From Candidatus Micrarchaeota archaeon (GTDB lineage Archaea; B1Sed10-29): a stretch of 11,325 nucleotides of DNA. The notes beneath the pieces were generated by a model that was given only the letters and a program-made list of their open reading frames with translations, did no database searches and was not told where the DNA came from. Below, piece after piece: positions 1 through 9,800 of this stretch. The stretch spans positions 3,316 to 14,640 of the forward strand of contig CAZOFO010000015.1 of assembly GCA_964579265.1 (NCBI GenBank). The letters are read 5' to 3'. Each line of letters begins with the position of its first letter. The stretch's first letter is position 1. Position numbers and translations under genes: made by a program.

Positions 1-3000
1 CCAGCACCAGTTGAGAATATATAATTCATTGACTCATCAATATGCTCGTATCTCCTAAGCTGGTTCATAATAGGAATAACATCACCAATATCCTTAGCAA
101 TTTTTAATTCTCCCTCTCTTGCTCCTTGTTCATAGCGCTCAAATGTTGGAGAAGTAAAAGGAAGAGGTGCTGTTCGTTCACCCAAATTCCACAAATCCTC
201 CATCATAGATACGCCAGCTGCCGGATTCCTAAGAACTCTTGCAAATTCAGGAGGAGTTGTATAGAAAGTAAGCTCTGAATAAGCTCTTCTTGCATAAAAT
301 GCAGCAAGGTAGCCCCTTCTTCTTGACTCATCGTCGTCAGCTTCTTCTGCTATATTCCTTATTAAATGAGAGGCAATCCAAGCGGTCATTATAAATCCCC
401 ATTCGATAACAGATTTACGTATATTAGCTCTTTCCATATCTGACATCTCATTCCATTTTTGAGAGAGAAGCTGAGTTGATAGCTCGTTTTTTTGATGCCA
501 TAGCTGACCCATAAAACGCAAAGATGTTACATAGTTTCCTTCTTTAAAATCTCCCAAATCTTCAGAATAAAAAGTATCAGACATGTCTCCAAACTCATCT
601 TTTCCTTTCCATGCCTTAGATATTTTTTTAAAACCTCCTCGATAACGCTTTTTAATACCACGAACCATCCATTTTCTAAGCATCCAGACCATAGCAAAAC
701 CTATATGCCTTTGTGACATAGCTAATCTTACTGGATCATACTGTCCGTGATTATCAGCGTTAATATCTTTAATTACACCTTGAACACGTTTCTCCATTTT
801 TGATCTTTGGTTTGGATCAGTTAGATCAAATCTTGGATAATTTTCTACTCTTTTAGCATGTTCATTTAATTGAATATAGCCACTATCATCAGCATAATAA
901 GCGTCCAATAATGACATTGCAGCATCTCTGTCGGTAACAACATTACCATCTGTATCAATATATTCACCATTTTCATTTTGTATTTTATTATTTTCAAGAA
1001 CAGCATACATTATCTGCCCATGGTTAAAATGTTCACCACTCTGATTCATAAAGTGACCGCGGTTTTTTTGAACATATTGTTGAAATTTTGTGTCTCTATA
1101 CATTTGCTCTGGTAGCCCTGTGTGCTCACCGTATGTATTGAACCTTTCCGCTAATAGGTTTACTTTAGAGGTCTTACGCCTTGCGCCAATATCAGATATA
1201 ATATTTTGTATATCTTTCCAGTATTCTCTACCTGCTTTACGATATTCTTTAACTGTAAAATGATCTCCTCCCCATGCAGAAGCATAATTAAGTACCCTGC
1301 CGTGAATCAAGTTTGCCCCTCCGGCTAAAAAGTTAAGCATCAACATGGTGTCACCTGTCCATTGCATCACAGACCTACCAAGTTGATTTTTGTTATACCC
1401 TAATATTTCACCTTTATCAATCATTGATTCGCCATATATATGATGATCAATCAATGATTGTAAAACCTTATAGGTATTAGATTGTTCAGCAGGTTCTAAT
1501 TGTTTATCATCTTCAACTAGACCAAGAGCTTTTTTACCTTTTTGATGTGACCAATATTTCGTACTTTCGTGCTCCATTAAATCTTTGAGCATTTCAGCAT
1601 CAGCTACAAGCTTTGATTTTTCTTTATGGTTAATAGACATGTGAAGATTAGACATATAAATACTAGCTAAATCAAAACTTTGCTGATTAGGCTCAAGTGT
1701 AGATCTATAGTGAACAGGGACTAATTTTTTTACACGTCCTTCTTCATCCTCTAATACTCTTGTATAGCTTTCGTCACCAGTTTCGGTTTCTTCCATTGCA
1801 GTATGACCTTCTTCAGTAGTATCTACACGCTTTTGTGTAAGATCACGAAACCCTTCTGCAAAGAATGTAGTGAAACCGGTTTCAGTAATACGATTCATAA
1901 AATCTTTATGAATAGCTGGCATCTTATAAAATAGTGCATTGTACTTATCTCTTTGCAGATGATACATATTAATGTTTTCATCAGCTTTATTTGAAAGTTC
2001 TATTAATTTATCATAAAGTTGTCGTTTAGGATCACTGTCAGGTAATTTTTGTAGTTCTTGATACTGTGGGTTTTTGTATCTTTCATGTGGAGCACTTTTA
2101 TTAGCATTTAAGTGTTTATCTCTCCAACGTTGTTGAATATTATCTTTATCTTGTTGCGATAAACCTTCTTGATTTAATTCATCTTGGAGTTCCTGAACCC
2201 TATCTAAAAATTCAGATTTATATTCACTCACTAAATAGGTAGTTTCATTTCCTTCAGAATCTTTTTCAATTAACCCATCATATTTACTTCGTTGGTCAAA
2301 AGGTCTGCCATATTGCTCTTCGTATGCCTGTACAATATCGAAAAACTCTTTATGCTCATCTCTAAACTCATTCATTATATCTTGATGAACATCAAGTAAG
2401 TTTTTGCTAAATGATTGTAGTATTGGACTACTAAGAGATGTTGGGTCTTCAACCCAACTATCTAAATAACCAATATCATTTGGCATTGTTTTAAGCATCT
2501 CTTTAAAATAATCAACAGATTCTTGTTGTATTTGCTCTCTATACTCAGCAAGTTTTTCATTAACATAAGCATTTCTACGAGCAGTATATTCAGATTTACT
2601 AACAGGCTTATCATTATAAGTATATGATCCAAAAAATCCTATTGGGTTTTTATTTTGAAATTCCTTTTCAAATTTAACACGGTATTGGGCTTCAATTACT
2701 GTTGAATCTTCTGCTAATCTTCTTGCCTGAAGCTCACGAGCATGTTTAATATAGTCTGAAAATATATCTTGTCTTATAGATTCTGCTTCTTTAAGAGCTT
2801 TTAGGGTTTGTTCTGCGACCTCTCTAGATTCAGGCTCTGATAAATTTTTCAACTCTTCCCTTATTCCGTTAATAACATCAGGGATACTTTGGTAAGCTTT
2901 CATGTATTGATGATCGCGTCGAAGGTTATAAGCATTATATGTAATTTCTTCACGACTAGCCTTATCAATACGATCTGCAACATGTTCTAACTGCTGTAAT

Positions 3001-3866
3001 GCATAATTAGCATATCCTGCAACTTCTTCAACACGTTCTTTTTCTGCTATTTGATTGACAGCCTCTTCTAAATGCTGAAGATATTCTTTATTTCCTGTTC
3101 TACGATATATCCCATTTAATCTTTTAATATCATTATGGGTTTTATTAAGAGAATTTTTAAGCTCGTCTGTCTTAATACGTTGCTGCTGAGCGTAGGGAGA
3201 AATTTCTCCTGATAGCGTAACTTCATTTATTCTGTTGTCTAATAAATCTCTTGCTAGTGACTGAGCAATATTTCTGTCAATTCCGAGAAGTTGTTTAATT
3301 CTATCAAAAATAAAATTCAACCATTCATTAAATGACGATATATCAGATTCGTTCGTAAATATTTCAGCCCCTTCTCGTCCAATGGCTGTAGCTAAAACTT
3401 CTTTCTGCAATTGTTCAGCATTAAGCTCAGGGTAATTTTCAGCTACTTCTGCATATAAACTTGAATTTTCTAATTGTTCAACACCACGTTGAATCAATGG
3501 GTTTGTCATCCCACCAAGCAAGTCAATGTAAATATGGCCAAACTCGTGGATAACCGTATCATCCATAATTTTATCAGGATTAATACGTATAACAGGCCTT
3601 TCGCCTGCATTTTGACCATCTAATTGATGATTTTCAATACTTTTATCAAGTACCACATCAGCTTTAATGGAACGGCTTAAACGATCCAGTTTTTCTGTAA
3701 AATTAGGATCATTATTATAAACTGTTGAGCGACGTTCTTTTATATATCCGGGATCAGAAGGAACCGTATTTCCATTTTCTATGAAAACACGATATGCTTC
3801 AAATTCTCCAATCTCGTTAACGAGATTATTCCATTCTGGTAAGTTCTTATTAGGGCAAATTGACAT
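1..3866 (-). CDS. Large phage virion cargo/ejection-type protein with an N-terminal zincin-like (HExxH) domain and C-terminal hydrophobic/amphipathic helices; 3'-partial
   Basis: Not in the ORF track. Manual translation from the ATG at 3866..3864 gives 1288 sense codons with no stop before the window edge: MSICPNKNLPEWNNLVNEIGEFEAYRVF...TVIHEFGHIYIDLLG...QKEVLATAIG...NHGQYDPVRLAMSQRHIGFAMVWMLRKWMVRGIKKRY...ERYEQGAREGELKIAKDIGDVIPIMNQLRRYEHIDESMNYIFSTGA. A GAGGA lies 8 nt upstream of the ATG. The ORF itself is well supported; the product call is inferred from its position next to the virion RNAP and from its composition. Confidence 0.85.
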   Translation of the reverse strand, partial: MSICPNKNLPEWNNLVNEIGEFEAYRVFIENGNTVPSDPGYIKERRSTVYNNDPNFTEKLDRLSRSIKADVVLDKSIENHQLDGQNAGERPVIRINPDKIMDDTVIHEFGHIYIDLLGGMTNPLIQRGVEQLENSSLYAEVAENYPELNAEQLQKEVLATAIGREGAEIFTNESDISSFNEWLNFIFDRIKQLLGIDRNIAQSLARDLLDNRINEVTLSGEISPYAQQQRIKTDELKNSLNKTHNDIKRLNGIYRRTGNKEYLQHLEEAVNQIAEKERVEEVAGYANYALQQLEHVADRIDKASREEITYNAYNLRRDHQYMKAYQSIPDVINGIREELKNLSEPESREVAEQTLKALKEAESIRQDIFSDYIKHARELQARRLAEDSTVIEAQYRVKFEKEFQNKNPIGFFGSYTYNDKPVSKSEYTARRNAYVNEKLAEYREQIQQESVDYFKEMLKTMPNDIGYLDSWVEDPTSLSSPILQSFSKNLLDVHQDIMNEFRDEHKEFFDIVQAYEEQYGRPFDQRSKYDGLIEKDSEGNETTYLVSEYKSEFLDRVQELQDELNQEGLSQQDKDNIQQRWRDKHLNANKSAPHERYKNPQYQELQKLPDSDPKRQLYDKLIELSNKADENINMYHLQRDKYNALFYKMPAIHKDFMNRITETGFTTFFAEGFRDLTQKRVDTTEEGHTAMEETETGDESYTRVLEDEEGRVKKLVPVHYRSTLEPNQQSFDLASIYMSNLHMSINHKEKSKLVADAEMLKDLMEHESTKYWSHQKGKKALGLVEDDKQLEPAEQSNTYKVLQSLIDHHIYGESMIDKGEILGYNKNQLGRSVMQWTGDTMLMLNFLAGGANLIHGRVLNYASAWGGDHFTVKEYRKAGREYWKDIQNIISDIGARRKTSKVNLLAERFNTYGEHTGLPEQMYRDTKFQQYVQKNRGHFMNQSGEHFNHGQIMYAVLENNKIQNENGEYIDTDGNVVTDRDAAMSLLDAYYADDSGYIQLNEHAKRVENYPRFDLTDPNQRSKMEKRVQGVIKDINADNHGQYDPVRLAMSQRHIGFAMVWMLRKWMVRGIKKRYRGGFKKISKAWKGKDEFGDMSDTFYSEDLGDFKEGNYVTSLRFMGQLWHQKNELSTQLLSQKWNEMSDMERANIRKSVIEWGFIMTAWIASHLIRNIAEEADDDESRRRGYLAAFYARRAYSELTFYTTPPEFARVLRNPAAGVSMMEDLWNLGERTAPLPFTSPTFERYEQGAREGELKIAKDIGDVIPIMNQLRRYEHIDESMNYIFSTGA
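3230..3690 (-). other. Zincin-like metallopeptidase domain in gene 2 (approximate bounds)
   Basis: PVIRINPDKIMDDTVIHEFGHIYI (H107-H111, 3534..3548) is followed by QKEVLATAIG (E156 at 3399..3401) and the amphipathic helix FNEWLNFIFDRIKQLLG. Confidence 0.75.
3810..3827. repeat. Perfect 18-bp palindrome AATCTCGTTAACGAGATT
   Basis: The sequence equals its own reverse complement and lies at nucleotides 40-57 of gene 2. Its presence is certain; its function is unknown. Confidence 0.6.
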
Positions 3867-6800
3867 TTAGCAAATCCTCATTCTTTCTTGTACAACATTA
3901 TCTGGTACTGATGTAGCACTTGGATCAGTTACATCAGGTACTGATTGGTCTGTAAGCGGTCTTTCAAAACTTGTTCTTTCTACAATATCGCCATTATTAA
4001 TAGCAGATTCAACCATTTTATCTGAAATTGCATGTTCTACATTATTATCACTAATAATAGACTGCATAGCATGTGGGTTATCTTCCTGCATATTATATTC
4101 ATAAATCTTGACACCACGGTGATTGTAGCCAAGCTTATTTGTTCTGCGATAAACAGGATAATAATTCATTCCTTCTGCTGTATAACGATCTCCGATATGT
4201 TCATATAACTGAATATCTTGACCTTCTTTGCGTGAAATAAATCTTGGAAATACAAGTCTTCCTTCATATCCTTCAGCAACAGCATATTGTTTAATACCTT
4301 CTTCATTTAAGATAAATGCCTGTTGGCTGCCAAGCGATGTATCACCAACCTTAACATTATTATATAATCGTTCAGCTCCAACTTGCGGCAGCCTTGGGAC
4401 ATATGTTTTATTATCAGCATTATGCTTATAGAATTGTGTTTCAAATCCCTCAAGATTATTCGTTTGCATATGACCCATCATGGCTTCCACATATCCGCCA
4501 AAATCTACATCTCGGTGGTGGATATAACGATTATCAATAATATCATGGAAGCTGTGCATTCCTTGTCTAAATCCACTATGATAGTAGGAAATAGTAGCAA
4601 TATCTTCAGCTAATTGTCGCGTGTTTTCATCAGACCATAGATTATAAAACTCGTTTGAAAGAATATCTTTATTTCGTATTTCAGTATTATTGGTACGAAT
4701 TATATCAGGGCCTTTTTGAGATGTAGTTACTTCAAAGAAATCTCTGAATAAATAAGTATTATGAAAAGGATGGTTTTCATCTTTTTGAACTTCAAATATA
4801 CGTTTTGCTACACTGTTATCTCCAAAAAATAAGTCGTAAACTTCTGATTGCTTCAAATTGGCCATTGGTGATCCTGAAGCAATATATGCAAATGCTTCGT
4901 GTTTAACATTATCAGCCATTCTTACATTTCTAATAGGATATTGATTTTTAATATTTTGAAAGATATTCTCCATGGCATTTCTATAACCCGGAGTATTTTC
5001 TAAAAACAACCCATCAGTTATCTGTTGTAGCAATTGAACAGATGCTTTGTATTTTTCACCAATTGCAGTTCCATTAAACCTATTTTCAAAACCAACTATT
5101 CCATATTTATCTGATTGTAATCTTGCTAGACGATGTTCGCTTATAATAGCATCCTGAATATTTTTAGGAGTAGTTACATCTGCTTTGCTTGCCAAGATTG
5201 CATCGTTTAATTTTCCTGCATAACTATCAATATTTATAAAGCTATCTAAAACTTGCAGTTGAAATGATTGTTCACTTCCGCTCATTTGATCAACTTCACC
5301 ATCTAACCATCTTTGAATAGCATCTTCCATCTTATTTTTTGGTATTTTCCAAGGGTGAACAGGCGCATAGCTATGGTTGCCAAATTCATGTCTAACATAT
5401 TGCTCAGGAGTTACTAACTTGCCATTTATCTTGAGCGGTTGAGAAGAAGTACTATCTTTTATATCATGGAGTTCTTTCAATCTTCTGATAATAGGCTGAC
5501 CAATAAAGCGATTTGTCCACTCTCTATCCATTCCGGTTCTACGCAACAGCTGATAAGTGTTGGCAGTAAATGGATTTACATTTGCTCTTACAATGAAATC
5601 ATCTTTAGCAACATCAAGTACTGCATTAATATCCGAATTCATATTATCTGAAATGAAATAACCCTTTTCATCGGTAATACGATCAAGTCTTGTTTTTTCT
5701 TCTCTCTTAAATAACCTAAGATCATTACTTAATGTATTACCTGCCATTTGAGCAATAGCATGGTCGCGAAGATGGTTGGCTAAGATACCAATGGTTTGTC
5801 CAGCTTCTTGTTGATTTTGATGATAGTCTAATTGATATTTTGAACTAAAAAGTTCAAAATCATTAAAATCACGTCCTTTATATATTTTTTGAATATCGTT
5901 CTTTAGCCATGGGTTATCTAACGGTGTCATCATTTCAGCAAAATGATGATCAGAACTAAGAATCGACTGTTCAAGTTCTAATTTATAATTTTGTATAGCA
6001 GATTTGCTATTAACTTCAAAAGATGATTTTCCTACATTATTATCAATAAACTCATTTAGAGTTGGTACCTGAGTAGCTTTATTTTTAACCCTTTCATATT
6101 CTTTATAGTCAAAATTCTTTTTACCAAAGAACTCATACATCTCAGTTGTGAAATCTTCGCCCACGCCTTCGGTTATACTGTATCCTTCTTCGACTGCCTG
6201 TTGCTCAATTTCACTTTTCCTATCTTCTAACCTTCTGGCCAAAGCCTTGATAGGTTCATAACGATCTCTATAAATACGAGCTAAATCTTCATTTGTAGCA
6301 CCTTCTTGCTCATTTACATGATGAAACTCTACTCTCTTAATTCCATCTTTAGTCATACGATAATGAGGAAGTGCTACATACATTTTATCAATATCAAAAT
6401 CACTTCCTGTTTTGGTTGTAACATCAGGGTACATTACAATAGTATCTCTCATTTCTTTTGGAAGAATACCTGTAATTCTAACAGAATCAATGGAAGCTTT
6501 ACCCTGATTAGGAATTCGATAAGCAATACCTTCAAGTGCTGAAGGATCGTTATTAAGATAATCCACAATCTGCTGATGATTCATATTTTCAACACCTTGT
6601 ATGCGTTCAATGGCGTCATACGGAATCATAATGTCACCGGGCTTAAACTCACCATTTTCATATCTTGGTGGTTTGAGCTGATCATCAATAACCCATATAA
6701 TACGATTTTGTTGATCTTGTGTAAGTGCATTGTAATCGGTTGGTTTTTGTGACATGCCCCATACCGATGCTTGAATAAATGAGCCACCTTGGTGTTTTTG

Positions 6801-9800
6801 ATCGACTGTTCGTGAAGTAATCATAGACGAAATCACATTTTGAATTTTTTCTTTTTCGGCTATGATTGAATCAAAAGGATTATAACCACCCAAGGCATCT
6901 CTTTCAAACTGTTCGATTATGTTATCAGGAATATTTTGCTCTTTAAGCTGATCTATAACTGCATTATAAAAATTATCGAGATTTTTAGCTTGTCTTGGAT
7001 TACCTTCGCTATCTTTTGCATCAAACTCTTCTAATATTTTATCAACTTCCCTACGTGTAATCTCAATATCAGCTTCCTGAAGATGTTGATAAATTGATTG
7101 TCCATTAAGGGTTCCATCAGGATGAGATTCTACATTATAGCTATTTTCAATCCCAATATTAGCATAAATGTTATGACGACGCTGCGTACCATCATTTGTT
7201 TGACCTTCTTTATGATATTTAGATGGATTTTCTTGCTGAAGTCCCCATCCTTCATTTGATAATGTTGTAGTTTGTAAAACATCTGCATCAAGATCGTTAA
7301 TATTTGTTTTACCAACTTTATTGGCAGTTTCAAACATTACCTCATCTATACCCTGATCAGCCATCTTATCGTACAGCTGTTTTAATTCAGTTGTATTTTC
7401 AACTAATGATGGAAATAAAGGCATTTGAGAATATTTAAAATAACGAGGAGTCATCATGCCCGTTTGATTGTCCATCTCCATGTTATAATAAACTCCTTTA
7501 ATCGGTTGCATGACCAAAGCTACATCTTCAGCAGTTTGTGTTCCATTCATTAACCTATTAAAGGAAGCATCATATTCTTTTTTCCATAAACCAAGGCCAT
7601 GCATTAATTTTCTCCAACGATGTGGAGAAATATATGCTTGCGCATCTGTTTCTTCCATTTTAGAATATGCTGAAAGCAAATCACGAGCGCGATTATCATG
7701 CTCAGTATCATTAGCCCATTCAATAGGATTGCCGTCTTTATCTGTTTTCTTAACGACTCGCGGTAATGATTTTTTAAATTTCTCTAAATTCTCATTAAAA
7801 AATTCAGAAGAAGGGTCATATATTGTTGAAGCCGGGTTTGAATCACGTAAAACAGCAACTTCAAAAGTTTTACCAATATATTCATCTATCATTAATTCTT
7901 GTCGCGGTGCGATAATTTCAGGAACACGCTTCATTAAATCATGAATATCCTTGTAAAATGCAGGATCACCTGTAAATAATTTTGTAGTTTCAATATTACC
8001 TACAATATTATTAATAGTATAATCTGTTAACATTGACTGCACTGCTTGCTTAGTGCTAGATGTACGTCGCCTATAACTATTATACATATCTGAATCAAAC
8101 CCAAAGTTTTTAAAATTCTCATCAACAACCTGATATCTTTGAGCATCATTTATAGATTCTTGAACTTTTTCATTAAGTTTGTTTTTAATATGTTGGCGAA
8201 GAGCACGGTTAGATTTAAGATTTACTTCATGTACAGGTTTTGGTTTTTTAGTACCTTCGTGGTATAAACCCATTTCTCTATTATCAGATACACTGATTTG
8301 GTCAGGTGATAGTGACGGCATTACAGTTATATTCTGATAATTTTTATGTATGTTTTCATCCAAATGACCAGACCTATTATTATCAATCATTGTTTGGACA
8401 GTTTTCATACGAGTAAGCTCATCTATAAGATAACCAATCATGGTTTCATATACTTCAGAAGTAAACTCGATATTGCCGTTAGCATCAATACCATTAAATG
8501 AATTAATCACAGGAATCCCTGTCATTTCAAATAATCGAGATTTATCAGCAGGTGTTAGTATCTGGATATTTCCCCTAATGGTATTAGTTACACGGTCGAC
8601 AAATTTATCAGATGGCTTAGCCTGAGCGTATTTTACACCTTGATCTCCAGCATTAAGTTCTCTTATTGTCTGTTTTTGACGAACATTAAATTGTTGAAAT
8701 CTACCTTCGTCTAATAAATATTCTGCGTACTTAGAATTACCGCCATAAACACTTTCTTGCACTTGTAGCAAGTATTCAGGAGATTCTTTAATCTGATTCT
8801 TAGTTTCAGTTAAGAATGAATTAAGGCTATAATTGTATTGCTTATTTCCTTCTGCTCCAAGAGACATATTTTCACCAATATGCTCATGGAATATAGATTC
8901 GGATTCTGCTAAATCTCTAATGATAGATTCATCCTGCATGAATGTTTCAATGTTACCATACTCATCTGCTTGAATAGGTTTTTTAGAATCTTTAGCTTCT
9001 TCAATTAATGTTCTCAACGAACGCTCTACCGAAGCTCTTTTCGGAGGATCAAATAATAAGGAAAGATCCCGGTAAAGCATGTTCAACAACTGACCTCTTG
9101 TTTGGTCAGGGTTTTGAATCTGCATACGATCTAGGTGATAATCTAAAGCATTTTGATTTAGATTTATACCAAGTTCTGAAAGAATAGAAGATAAATCTGA
9201 AAGCAATGATTCAGATATATCAATTTCCATGTTTTGTGTTGTGACAGAATTATAAGATCGTATCTCTTCGTCTTTAATCCTTGATCTCAAATTATTAAAC
9301 TCGTTAATAAGCTGTTCCGCATTATTAACGTTGAACCTATTACCATTTTTAATAATTTGACTATTGAACAATAAATCTTGGTTCCACTTTCGGATAAGCT
9401 TGTTTTCAATAGAGTTTGTTGCACTATCGAACGACCGAATATTATTTTTGTTACCATGGCGTTCCACGGTCGTTGTAGTATAATTAACTCTTGCTTTAGA
9501 TATAGCGCTAAAAAACTGTTGTTTCTTATATTCAGGCAAAGCATTTTCGCCTGTATCTTTAAGTCTGTCAGCAAGTTCATTTAGTTCGGGAATATATTTC
9601 CCTGTTTTTTCTAACTTGTCTATAATTTTAGATGCTTTGCTATCTCTTTCATAAGAAAAATTAACATTTTCTGTAGAAGTATTTGGTATATCAGATACCA
9701 GCTTACTAATAAGATTCCAAGTAGCATCGAAATCTACAAGTTCCGGCATACCCGTATCAGGATTATATTCATACTTTTTACCAAGTATATTATCCATCTC

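Noticed and set aside
1871..1884. 14-bp palindrome TGAAACCGGTTTCA in gene 2
   Set aside because: About one palindrome of this length is expected by chance in 11 kb of AT-rich DNA, and it has no informative context.
4750..4770. His-Asn-Thr (PFHNTY) as a possible intein C-terminal junction; self-splicing introns in the RNAP gene
   Set aside because: There is no internal Cys, no recognisable intein N-terminal block and no LAGLIDADG or HNH motif. The frame is uninterrupted.
6387..6401. Cellular rpoC, eukaryotic RdRP, or N4/T7-type single-subunit RNAP assignment
   Set aside because: The motif is GSDFDID rather than NADFDGD or DLDGD. There are no rpoC zinc-binding cysteines, and I see no T7/N4 polymerase motifs.
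7130..9580. Short minus-strand alternative-frame ORFs 7130..7333 and 9287..9580
   Set aside because: They are out-of-frame shadows nested in gene 1, rich in L/I/K/M as expected from a frame shift, with no independent support.
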